Positions 25,054 to 34,476 are shown, counted from the stretch's first letter. The stretch is DNA of 64,000 nucleotides from an uncultured Chloroflexia bacterium (GCA_963724295.1 CAVRUC010000009.1:32001-96000); one strand, 5' to 3'. Made by a program: numbers and translations. The notes: generated from the sequence alone by a model not told the origin.

Positions 25054-25610
25054 CTAGTTGGAAGCGGATACGACCTCAGGCATGGCTGTCATATACGCGT
25101 CCACGAGCTCCTGCTTTTCCCGCTCCGGCACCTTGTAGAAGTCGAGGGCGCGAACGATCTCCGCCCCGACCTCGGCGAACTCCTCAGCGGTGAGGTGGAG
25201 GTCCTTGTGGGCTTCCTCCAGCGGCAAGCCGCTGTATTCATACGGGCCGCCGGCCAGGGCCGCGACCCATTGCGTGCGCCCGAACTTCAGACCCGGTAAC
25301 CGAAATTCGGCTTCCGATTCGTTCCACGCCTTGAGAGCGGGGTTTTCGTTGAGTTTCGGGTTGGTGATGATCTCGTCGCTGAAGCGGTCGACGACGGCGG
25401 CGATGGCGAAGATGCCCCCCAGCCGGTCATACAGACTCGGCTCCTCGGCCATGGCCGTGGCATCGTCGGACTGGGCATCGGCGCCGGCGACTCCGACGAT
25501 GCCGGCGCCAACCAGTCCGGCCGCGCCCGCCAGCGCAACCCGCCGCGTCAGGCCTGGTTCAGCGGGAGCGTCAGAAGGTTGCGCGAGGTGCTCACGTTGT
25601 CGTTGGTCAT
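25054..25610 (-). CDS. Group I (2/2) truncated hemoglobin with Tat signal (frameshift near 25585)
   Basis: SLYDRLGG, AVVDRF, AGGPYEYSG..EEAHKDLHLT..EF globin motifs; LTRRVALAGAAGLVGAGIVGVAGADA leader; RBS GGAGGG before ATG 25610. Confidence 0.88.
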
Positions 25611-25737
25611 GTTGCCCTCCAAATTCACTGCAACGCAGGTTCTCGATCGCACGCTGCCGAGGAGCGGATTGGGGCACACTGCGGCCCGAACTCGCTATCC
25701 ATCCAGAGCGTATAGAGGTGACCGCGGCCTGTCATGA

Positions 25738-26079
25738 CTATTTCGTCATGCGTCGTCGACCGCGGTCGAGGAGCACGAATCGGTAGCCCTTGCCGGGTAC
25801 GGTGGCGATGTACCGGGGACGGCGCCAGTCGTCCTGGAGCTTCGCCCGCAGCGTACGAATCTGGCGGTCCACGACGTTGCTCCCGGCTGCGTAGTCGCCA
25901 CCCCAGAGGTGATCCAGGATCTCGTCGCGCGTCAGCACCCGCCCGGGGTTGGCCGCCAGCAGATAGAGCAAGCTCAGCTCCAGCGGTGTCAGGTGCAGGT
26001 CCTGGCCGTCGACCCGCACCCGGCGGTGCAGGATGTCGATCTCCAGCTCGCCGAAGCGAATCACTGGTGTGAACATCAC
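25738..26079 (-). CDS. Stand-alone OmpR/PhoB winged-helix DNA-binding protein (no receiver domain)
   Basis: LTPLELSLLYLLAANPGRVLTRDEIL..SNVVDRQIRTLRAKL..IATVPGKGYRF; only about 70 nt to the upstream gene. Confidence 0.88.
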   Translation of the reverse strand: MMFTPVIRFGELEIDILHRRVRVDGQDLHLTPLELSLLYLLAANPGRVLTRDEILDHLWGGDYAAGSNVVDRQIRTLRAKLQDDWRRPRYIATVPGKGYRFVLLDRGRRRMTK

Positions 26080-26148
26080 GGCCTCTTCGCGCGAACGGGC
26101 GCCGGTCCCGAACCGCTGTCGCGCCGCCCGAGCCCACGCTGGCGGTCA

Positions 26149-26997
26149 TCACGATGTGGCAAACGCATAGCGCAAGAAGAGATGGTCGCCGCCTCGCTTG
26201 AGACCGACGAGCGTTCCCCAGACGGGATGTTCGGGGGCAAACAATTTCCCGCTGACGAGTCCCGGCCGTTCGATCCCGCCGTCCCGGCCAGCCACCTGAG
26301 GCGCCAGTGTCAGGAACAGCTCGTCGAGCAATCGCTCGGCGAAGAAATCACTCATCAGACGCGGCCCGGCTTCGACCAGCACCAGATCGCTTTTCCGGGC
26401 GCGGCCAACCGCGTCCAGTACCGCTTGGGCGCAGAGCGGCCCGTCCTCGGCGACAGCCTCGACCCGAGCGGACGGTGGCAGATCGCGATCGCGCAGGCGC
26501 CGCGCGCCGGCGGCGGTCGTCACGATCAGCGACGGCACGGCGCCCGAGCGAAAGAGGCGCCGCTCGAGATCGATGTCGCCGCCGCCGGTGACGACGACGT
26601 TCAGCGGCGGCTCCGGCTTGCCCAACGCCGTGCGCAGCTCCCGATAGGCATCGGCGAGCCGCGGGTAGATGTACTCGGCGGTCCACTCGTGGTCGGCGGA
26701 CGATGCCCGTAGAGTTCCCGCGCCCACCACGACCGCGTCGGCGGCGGCGCGCAGCACTCCCATCACCATCCGGTCGTGAGGGTTGAAGCCGCTGATCTCC
26801 CCGCCTCCCGCCTTGCCGGGGATGCCAAGTGAGACGACACCGTCCAAGGTGGAGACGAAGTTACCGATCACATGGGGCCGATCCGCGTGACGCGGCGTGC
26901 GCAGCTTTCCGTAAAGGCTGGCCAGCGCGCAGGGCAGCGGCAGCTCCTCCCCGGTGGTCGCGTCGAAGAGATCCTGCAATGGCGCCAGGGCGCTCAC
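26149..26997 (-). CDS. RibD C-terminal domain (DHFR-fold) reductase
   Basis: NFVSTLDG, LRAAADAVVVGAGTLR, LVEAGPRL, LDELFLTLAP. Confidence 0.9.
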   Translation of the reverse strand: MSALAPLQDLFDATTGEELPLPCALASLYGKLRTPRHADRPHVIGNFVSTLDGVVSLGIPGKAGGGEISGFNPHDRMVMGVLRAAADAVVVGAGTLRASSADHEWTAEYIYPRLADAYRELRTALGKPEPPLNVVVTGGGDIDLERRLFRSGAVPSLIVTTAAGARRLRDRDLPPSARVEAVAEDGPLCAQAVLDAVGRARKSDLVLVEAGPRLMSDFFAERLLDELFLTLAPQVAGRDGGIERPGLVSGKLFAPEHPVWGTLVGLKRGGDHLFLRYAFATS

Positions 26998-27665
26998 CGC
27001 TGCAGCCCGCAGGCGACGAAGAACTCGGAGCGGAGAGCAGGATTGTCGTCATACGCGCCCCGCCAGAAGGTGGTACGGGTCAATGGCGAAGCCTCCTGCA
27101 CCCCTCGCATCTGGGTGCAGAGGTGGTGAGCCTCCAGGTAGACGGCCACGCCGTGCGGAGCCAGCATCTCGTCCAGGGCATCGGCGATCTGCTGGCCGAC
27201 CCGCTCCTGGACGGTGAAGCGCCGCGCGAACAGACGAACGAGCCGCGTCAGCTTGGAGATGCCGATGATGTGCTCGTGGGCGATGTAGCCAACATAGGCA
27301 TGCCCGTAGAACGGGAGCGCGTGGTGCTCGCAGAGCGCGTAGAACTGAATTGGCCCTTCGATAACCTGGCTGAGGCGGCAGTCCGGCCCGCCACGGCACT
27401 CAGTCTCGAAGACCGTCAGGAGCTTGGGGTCACCGTCGTACCCGGCTGTCGCATCGAGCAGCGCCCGCACGAAGCGGCGCGGGGTGTCCACGGTGGCAGG
27501 CGAGTCCAGCTCCATGCCAAACGCACCGAACATCTCCGCCGCGTACTGCTCGAACCGGTGCAGCTGCTCATCTGATATGTCACGGCTCTGGAGGTCCATC
27601 ACCCCGACGGAGTCACCCTCCGCCTTTATTTCATTTGATGCGCGAGACAGTTCCATGACAGACAC
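26994..27665 (-). CDS. folE: GTP cyclohydrolase I
   Basis: DTPRRF, ALCEHHALPF, GISKLTR..VQER, EAHHLCTQMRGV (Zn ligands C/H/C). Confidence 0.93.
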   Translation of the reverse strand: MSVMELSRASNEIKAEGDSVGVMDLQSRDISDEQLHRFEQYAAEMFGAFGMELDSPATVDTPRRFVRALLDATAGYDGDPKLLTVFETECRGGPDCRLSQVIEGPIQFYALCEHHALPFYGHAYVGYIAHEHIIGISKLTRLVRLFARRFTVQERVGQQIADALDEMLAPHGVAVYLEAHHLCTQMRGVQEASPLTRTTFWRGAYDDNPALRSEFFVACGLQR

Positions 27666-27731
27666 GAACGAACCCTCCTTTGCTTGCTTGCAGCTTTGAA
27701 CCTGAATGAATTCGGCTTGTGTTGGGAGCGA

Positions 27732-28945
27732 TCAATGCACTTGCACTCCGGCAGACGCCGTGAGCATGTGGCTCGAATGAATCACGTCGGGATCGGCGAT
27801 CAGGGCCCGGGCCGCATCGACCTGATTCCAGACGTTCCAGAGGAGCGCTCCTCGCACACGGCCTCCGCGACGGTAGGTGAGGACGCCCTTGCGGTACGGC
27901 TCCTCCCACTCGGCCACCACCTCGGACCGGGAATCGATATCCCCGACCGCTTCGTAGCCCAGATCGAACATGTCCGAGTAGAAGTAGGGGAGGTGCTCGT
28001 ACGGCTCCCGCTCGCCGGCCATCGCTCGTCCCGCGAGGCGGCCCATCGTGGTGGCGTTGTCCTCGTGTTCGACGCGGCGGCGTTGACCCAGCGCCGACTG
28101 CCAGTAGGCGGCAACGTCTCCCGCCGCAAAGACGTCGGGGTGACTGGTGCGGAGGAACGGGTCGACCACGATCCCATTCTCGACCGCCAGACCGGCCGCC
28201 AGTGCCAGATCGACATTGGGCATAGCGCCGATCCCGGCCACGATCCCGTCGACCTCGATTTGGCGCGTGGTCCCGGTCGTCTTGTCCAGCGCCGCGACCT
28301 TGAAGCGGCTGCCGCGCATCACCACGTCGGTGACCTTGGAATGGGCGATCAGCTCCACCCCGTGCTCCCGGTAAGTAGTCGTTGAGAAATTCGGCTCAGG
28401 TCAGCCGGAAAGAGGCGGCTGCCGATCCCCGCTTCGGGGAAGATCATGACGACCTCTTTGCCGTTCATAGCCAGGGCTGCCGCGATCTCCGAGCCGATGA
28501 ACCCACCGCCGATCACGGCGAAGCGCCGCCCGCGAGCCGCCTCCTGCCGCAGGCGCTGATAGTCCTTGACCGTGCGGTAGTAATTGATCCAGTGACCGCC
28601 GATGGGGAGGCGTCGTGGCGTCACACCCGTCGCGAGCAGCAGTTTGTCGAAGCCGTACTCGGTTCCCCGGTCATCGACGACGCGTTTGTGCTGGAGATCG
28701 AGCAGCCGGCCGGAGCGGCCGAGATGGATCTCAACGCCAAGCTGGTCGGTGCCGAGCCAGACGCTCTCCAGCGGTTTGCCCTGCCAGAGCTTCTTGGAAA
28801 GGGGTGGGCGCTTGTAAGGCGGGTCCGGTTCGGAGCTGATCAGACCGATCGTTCCGTCCGGATCGACCTCGCGAATTCCGTGGGCGGCGGCATCGGCCGC
28901 CATGCCGCCGCCGACGATGAGATAGGTGTACCTGGCATGATCCAT
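27732..28945 (-). CDS. FAD/NAD(P)H ferredoxin-reductase-like oxidoreductase (frameshifts near 28393 and 28374)
   Basis: IVGGGMAA, PYKRPPLSK, LLATG, VIGGGFIGSE, AAGDVA, RVEH, PYFYSD. Confidence 0.9.
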
Positions 28946-29136
28946 CGCTTCTGTCCTCCGTTGTTCCGTGAGCCGCTTCGTCCGTGGCCCCCGGTGAGCG
29001 GTAGCGAGCTCCGCCTGATCTGACCGTCTGGCGTCCGTTCGTCCTCCAGTCGAACGCGCCTCGATCGCCGGCAATCGGGCCGGCGGGCCGGAAGAAGTGG
29101 CGCTGTCAGGCCGCCACTGACCGATCTGTTCCTCGC

Positions 29137-29211
29137 AGCGTAGTTGAGACCGCACAGAAAGTCAAGATATATTTTGACAATCTTGACGATTGGTGCCCAA
29201 GGGGATACCCT
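29137..29211. promoter_or_regulatory. Back-to-back divergent sigma70 promoters with a central palindromic operator candidate
   Basis: Minus strand TTGACT-17-TACGCT; plus strand TTGACG-17-TACCCT; palindrome GTCAAGAT-N11-ATCTTGAC (29161-29187). Confidence 0.7.
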
Positions 29212-29232
29212 GATGCACACGTGGAGGCGTGC

Positions 29233-29874
29233 ATGACAGCGATCGCAGGCGGGCGGGACGAACGGTTTTTCGCGAGTACGCGTGGGCAGGTAACCATGCT
29301 GCTGCGCCACGGCGAGCGCACCGTCGAGGAGTTAGCCCAGGCGCTCGGGTTGACCGACAACGCGGTGCGGGCGCACCTGGCCACCCTGGAACGGGATGGG
29401 CTCGTGCGCCAGTCTGGGCTACGGCGGGGAACGAGCAAACCAGCGTATGCCTATGCCCTGAGTCCTGCCGCCGAGCGGCTGTTCCCAAAGGCATACGGGA
29501 CGCTGTTGCGGTTGCTCCTGGACGTGCTCGCGGAGCGGCTTCCGCCATCGGCGGTCGATGACGCATTGCGCGACGTCGGTCATCGCGTTGCCGGCGCACA
29601 GGCGGCGCCGGCCGGAGAGCTGAGGGACCGGGTGGATCAGGCGCTCGCGGTCCTGGCAGACCTGGGAGGTCTCGCCGAGGCTGAAGAGCGCGAGGACGGA
29701 TTCCTCATCCGCGGCGCCAGCTGTCCCCTTGCGGCGGCGCTCCCCGGCCATCCTCAGGTCTGTCACTTGGCCGAGACGCTGCTCAGCGATCTGATCGGGG
29801 CTCCCGTCGCCGAGTGCTGCGAGCGTGGCGACCAGCCCCGATGTTGCTTCGCTGTGCCGGCGCCCACCGGCTAG
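29233..29874 (+). CDS. SufR-like ArsR/DeoR-type HTH regulator with a Cys-rich C-terminal domain
   Basis: TVEELAQALGLTDNAVRAHLATLERDGLV HTH, FPKAY, C-x12-C-x17-CC-x7-CC. Confidence 0.88.
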   Translation: MTAIAGGRDERFFASTRGQVTMLLRHGERTVEELAQALGLTDNAVRAHLATLERDGLVRQSGLRRGTSKPAYAYALSPAAERLFPKAYGTLLRLLLDVLAERLPPSAVDDALRDVGHRVAGAQAAPAGELRDRVDQALAVLADLGGLAEAEEREDGFLIRGASCPLAAALPGHPQVCHLAETLLSDLIGAPVAECCERGDQPRCCFAVPAPTG

Positions 29875-30118
29875 GGACGGGGGCTGCAGTCATAGGAAAC
29901 GTGCCGCGCCTGGCACGGACACGTGGTCCATTTAGGGCCTTTGCTGAACAGCGTTCGGCAAGGGCCCTTCGTTGATGCTCGCCGCACTCCCGCGGCACGG
30001 TGGCAGTGTTTCTCCCGCCGAACCACTTGTGGCACGCGGCCTTGATGCCGCGCCCGGACTTGGTATCATGCCGTCCCGGCTTGATCGAGAGTTGACGTAA
30101 CACGGTGGAGAATCAGTG

Positions 30119-31789
30119 ATGTCTACACGCAGTCATGACTCGTCCCATTCCACGATTACCGAGTCGCGTCTCGGTCGGCGCTCGCTGCTCAAGGGTGCTG
30201 CCGGTCTCGGCCTCGGCGCGTCCGCGCTTAGCGTTTTCCCTGGGACCGACTCAGCCCGCATTGCCCGTGCTCAGGCCGATCCCGCGACACTGACCGTCCC
30301 CGGCACGCCAAACGACTTCGACCCGCATTCCCAGTACGACGTTAACTCGGTCGTCGCCATGCGCGGCTTGTACGAGGGGCTCATCGTCCTCAAGGGGAGC
30401 GCCACCGACGAGTACGAGGGCCTCATCGCCGAGTCCTGGGAGGCCAACGACGACCAGAGCGTCTGGACCTTCCACCTCCGGGACGGCGTCACGTTCCAGG
30501 ACGGCTCGCCGTGCGACGCCGCGGCCGTCGTTGCCTCGTACACCCGGCTGCTCACGATGCAGAAGGGTGCGTGGAACGTCGTTGGACGCTTCGTCGAAGA
30601 TCCCGCTCAGATCACCGCGCCCGATCCCCGCACGGTCGTCTTCGATCTCGGGCGGCCGCAGCCGCTCTTTGAGGCCGCCATGGCCGCCACCTACGGCCCA
30701 CAGATCGTCAACGTCAAGGTCGCCATGGAGCACGAAGAGGACGGCGATCAGGGCAACGCCTGGCTGACGACGAACCCGGAGGGCGCCGGCACCGGTCCCT
30801 ACCGCCTCGCCAGCTTCGAGCCGAACACCGCTACGGTGCTGGAGAAGTACGATGGCTATTGGGGCGGGTGGGAGGGCGACCACTTCGAGCGGATCATCAT
30901 TCGTGTCATCGACTCCCCTGAGGTGATGCGTGAGCTGGTCGAGGCGGGCGAGGTCGACATCATCAACCGGTTCAATCTGCCGCCGACCGACTTCATCGCG
31001 CTGGAGTCCAATCCCGACCTGGTAACCGACTGGCAGCCGACCACGGAGGTCGTCTACCTACCGATGACCGAGACCGGTCCGCTGGCGAGCAAGGAGGCAC
31101 GGCAGGCGCTCTCGTACGCCTTCCCGTATCAGGAGGTGATACAGGGGTTCTACGAGGGCAAGGCTACGCAGCCGCGGGGCTTTGTCGCGCAGACGATCAA
31201 CGGCTACAACCCGGACACCTTCCAATACAGCACCGACCTGGACAAGGCCAGGGAGCTGCTCGCGGCCGCGGGCATCGAGGAGGGCACAGAGCTCTTGCTC
31301 CAGATTCAAAGCTCGGCCAGCAACAACCTCATTGCGACGTTGTTCCAGGAGAATCTGGCGGAAGTTGGCATCACGCTCGCGATCGAGGCGGTCGACAATG
31401 CCACCGTCATCGGCACGTTCTACGGCGATCTCCCGCCGGAAGAGCGCCCGAACATCATGCTGTTCAACTGGTGGCCGGACTACAACGATGCCTGGAACCA
31501 GCTCGATCCGCTGGTCCGCTGCGAGCCCCATGGCTCGGCCAACGGCGGCTACTACTGCAATGAGGAGGTCGACGCCCTTCTTGACACGGCGCGTGACGCG
31601 GCGACGGCCGACGAGTACCAGGAGGCGGTCTTCCGGCTGCAGGAGATCCTCGCCGAAGACCCGGCCGCGATCTACATGGCGGAGCCGACCTGGGTCACCG
31701 TCCTCCAGAACGACATTCAGGGCTGGGCCTTCAACCCGATCTACCTCGGTCAGGTTGACTTCTACAAGCTGAGCCGCGCCGCGTCTTGA
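30119..31789 (+). CDS. ABC transporter substrate-binding protein, family 5 (peptide/nickel type), Tat-exported
   Basis: GRRSLLKG Tat motif; LAESW-like IAESWE, WTFHLRDGVTFQDG, GTGPY. Confidence 0.93.
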   Translation: MSTRSHDSSHSTITESRLGRRSLLKGAAGLGLGASALSVFPGTDSARIARAQADPATLTVPGTPNDFDPHSQYDVNSVVAMRGLYEGLIVLKGSATDEYEGLIAESWEANDDQSVWTFHLRDGVTFQDGSPCDAAAVVASYTRLLTMQKGAWNVVGRFVEDPAQITAPDPRTVVFDLGRPQPLFEAAMAATYGPQIVNVKVAMEHEEDGDQGNAWLTTNPEGAGTGPYRLASFEPNTATVLEKYDGYWGGWEGDHFERIIIRVIDSPEVMRELVEAGEVDIINRFNLPPTDFIALESNPDLVTDWQPTTEVVYLPMTETGPLASKEARQALSYAFPYQEVIQGFYEGKATQPRGFVAQTINGYNPDTFQYSTDLDKARELLAAAGIEEGTELLLQIQSSASNNLIATLFQENLAEVGITLAIEAVDNATVIGTFYGDLPPEERPNIMLFNWWPDYNDAWNQLDPLVRCEPHGSANGGYYCNEEVDALLDTARDAATADEYQEAVFRLQEILAEDPAAIYMAEPTWVTVLQNDIQGWAFNPIYLGQVDFYKLSRAAS

Positions 31790-31896
31790 TTCTCCTTGCC
31801 GGCTAGCACAGTGCAAGTCGGTCAGTTGCGTCGACGCACAAAACCGTCACCGGTCAGCGATCACGGGGATGACGGGGCGGAGAACGGTTGGAGGAC

Positions 31897-33015
31897 ATGG
31901 AGGCGATGAACCACGGCATTCAAACCGCCGATCTGCCAGTCGTGACCTGTGCTGGCTCACCCGGCGAACGTGGTGAGCAGCACGGCGAAGCGCTGCGCGG
32001 GCTGATCGCGGAGGGACTTGGCGCCTGGGCGGAGTCGATCGCGTCCGCTCATGGCGTCGCCCCCGATGCCTACATCGACGGTTTCGTGCAGGGAACGGAC
32101 TTTCTGCCCGCGATCCAGCGCTGGACCCCTGAGCTGCTGGATGAGATCGAGGGCATCGCCCGCGGCTCCGCCCAGCCGTGGCCGTGGATCTACGCCTACA
32201 ACCTGCTCGACGAGGAATGGACCTGGGCCAGGGACCAGAAAGCGGGCACTGCCCCCGGCTGCACGGTTGCCGGGTTTGCGCCACAAGATGGAACACCAGT
32301 CCTGGCGCAGACGATGGACATCCCCAATATCCATGATGGCACGCAGGCAGTCCTTCGCATCGAGCCGGACGACAGCCCGGCCGCCCTGGTCTTTACCCAT
32401 GCCGGGATGATCGGTCTGACCGGTTGCAACGAGGACGGTCTGGCGGTCGTGGTGAACAACCTCGACATGCTTCCGGCCTCCCGCACCGGACTGCCCGTCG
32501 CCTTCGTGCTTCGCGGCGTCCTGGCCCAGCGCACGCTCGCCGCTGCGGTCGACTTCGTCAGCCAGATTGCTCACGCCACCGGGCAGCATTACGGGATCGC
32601 CGCGCCGGAGGGTCTGGCCAGCGTCGAAGGATGGGCGACCGGTGTCGCGGTCGATGCGGAGTTAGGTACGCGCCTGCTGCACACCAACCACCCACTCTAT
32701 ACGGATGAGACGCTCGGTGACGCTGAGTCGCGCTACGAGCGGAGCCGGACGCGGCAGCGGCTCGACTATCTCGAGCGTGAGGCGGGGCCGCGCCGCGACG
32801 TCCCTGGATTGCAAGAGCTGCTCTCCGATTGCACCGTTCCCGTCAGCCTCGGCGCCGATCGCCCGTCGATGACCTTCGGCGCGGTCGTCTACGAGTGCAG
32901 CCTGCCGGCGCGCATGTGGGTCGCGCCCGGACCGCCGCACGAGAAGCCTTTCCGCGAAATGGAGTGGCCATCTACCCGCGTGCCGATCGCAACCAGGACG
33001 TCGACCGTCGCCTGA
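31897..33015 (+). CDS. C45-family Ntn-hydrolase (acyl-CoA:6-APA acyltransferase-like)
   Basis: ERGEQHG, G|CT autocleavage site, LAQTMD, GCNEDGL, HTNH. Confidence 0.88.
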   Translation: MEAMNHGIQTADLPVVTCAGSPGERGEQHGEALRGLIAEGLGAWAESIASAHGVAPDAYIDGFVQGTDFLPAIQRWTPELLDEIEGIARGSAQPWPWIYAYNLLDEEWTWARDQKAGTAPGCTVAGFAPQDGTPVLAQTMDIPNIHDGTQAVLRIEPDDSPAALVFTHAGMIGLTGCNEDGLAVVVNNLDMLPASRTGLPVAFVLRGVLAQRTLAAAVDFVSQIAHATGQHYGIAAPEGLASVEGWATGVAVDAELGTRLLHTNHPLYTDETLGDAESRYERSRTRQRLDYLEREAGPRRDVPGLQELLSDCTVPVSLGADRPSMTFGAVVYECSLPARMWVAPGPPHEKPFREMEWPSTRVPIATRTSTVA

Positions 33016-33266
33016 ATACAGCGCCAGCGGCGACGCGACTAACTCCGGGTAACCAGTTTCAAAAAACAGTGATCACGCCCGTGGCGAGTGCGGTCACGAT
33101 CGGTGGTCCACGTCGTGCTAGGCTGCACCCAACACACGGACTTTTCCGTGTTAGATCCCGCGCCCTCGCGGGACCCCTCTTCGTTGTAGCCGCCTTTTGG
33201 GGAGCGACTGCGACCGATCCCGGACCGGTTCGGTGCGGGACGTCCGGCTATCCGAAGGGCACCACC

Positions 33267-33692
33267 ATGACCGACCTCGGTCGGCAACTGCACATTCTCG
33301 TCGTCAACGACACCCAAGAGATCCTCGACTTACTGCAGGATCTGCTCGAAGGCGAGGGCTACCGAGTCACCCAGTCGTTGGCCCTGCTGAACATCGACAA
33401 GATCAAGGCGCTCGCTCCTGACATCATCGCCCAGGACATCATGTTCGAGCACTCCCAGGATGAGGGCTGGAAGATGCTGCACCTGATGCGCCTCGACCCG
33501 GAGCTGGCTCGCATCCCGATCGTGCTCTGCACGGCGGCGGTCAGTGTCGTGCGGGATGAAGCGATGGCCGAGCAACTGGACCGGCTGGGGGTTCGCGTGG
33601 TCCTCAAGCCGTTCCACATCGACGAGCTCGTGCAGGTGCTGTCCGAGGTACGCGTCGCCCAGGGACTCATCAATCAGGCGATCGATGGCTAG
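33267..33692 (+). CDS. Single-domain response regulator
   Basis: ILVVND, PDIIAQDIM (phospho-Asp), IPIVLCTA, LKPF. Confidence 0.9.
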   Translation: MTDLGRQLHILVVNDTQEILDLLQDLLEGEGYRVTQSLALLNIDKIKALAPDIIAQDIMFEHSQDEGWKMLHLMRLDPELARIPIVLCTAAVSVVRDEAMAEQLDRLGVRVVLKPFHIDELVQVLSEVRVAQGLINQAIDG

Positions 33693-33813
33693 CATCTAAC
33701 GGTCAGGCGACGCGGGTAAAGACTGTCCATTGGTACCCCCGTAATGGAAAAGGTGCCGGACGTCGGCAGTGACAACTAACGGGGTTTCCTCGCCATCATG
33801 CCAAATCAAGGTA

Positions 33814-33984
33814 ATGGATGGAGTATTGAGCTTGGTCAAGCAGGTCAAGGCGTTTGAGGAGCACCTCGTCACCATGGGTGTGACGGAGGTGCTCAAACCC
33901 TTCAACATTGACCGGCTGGTCGACGCCATCTGTGAGCGTCTTGGCGCGGATCGTGCGCTGCGACCTATTGACGCGGAAGGCTAG
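33814..33984 (+). pseudogene. Receiver-domain C-terminal fragment
   Basis: EEHLVTMGVTEVLKPFNIDRLV parallels EQLDRLGVRVVLKPFHIDELV of the upstream regulator; the N-terminal half is absent. Confidence 0.55.
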
Positions 33985-33986
33985 CA

Positions 33987-34226
33987 ATGGACGAGGCGCG
34001 GCCAGAGCTCCAGTCGCGAACCCAGCAACAGCAATTGGCGGTCCTGATGCACGAGTTGCGCACACCGCTGACGGTACTCATGGGCCGAGTTCAACTGCTG
34101 CGCCGTCACGTACGGCGCGGCGATGATGCCGTGCGAATCGACACCGACCTGGAAGCGATCGAGGCCGCCATTGTCCGGCTGACGGCTGCCGTGGAGCGGC
34201 TCGATCGTGAACGTGAAACCGATTGA
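33987..34226 (+). CDS. HisKA (DHp)-only protein
   Basis: H-box LMHELRTPLTVLMG; 79 aa, with no catalytic ATPase or sensor domain. Confidence 0.8.
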   Translation: MDEARPELQSRTQQQQLAVLMHELRTPLTVLMGRVQLLRRHVRRGDDAVRIDTDLEAIEAAIVRLTAAVERLDRERETD

Positions 34227-34435
34227 AGCGCTGTGGTTGGGAGCGTGCCGGGGAGATGCTGCCCTTTTTCAGCACAATCCCTGGTTAGACCGATAGCTGA
34301 TAGCCAGGGCCGTCTGCCAGCTCACCGCACCGGCAGGCGCCGGTCGAGCCAACCGCATCCACCAGACAAGGTCAGTCTGGCCAGACGGATAGGGTCCCGG
34401 CGGCGAAGAGTTCGTCTCCCCCGGTTCCCGAAAAG

Positions 34436-34476
34436 TTCAAACTCTTCAAACCCTTCAAACTCTTCAAACTCTTCGA
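34436..34476. repeat. 9-bp tandem repeat TTCAAACTC (about 4.5 copies)
   Basis: Direct reading upstream of nadE. Confidence 0.85.

Noticed and set aside
26994..27665. 7-deazaguanine DNA-modification or queuosine cluster
   Set aside because: No queC/D/E, tgt or dpd genes in the window
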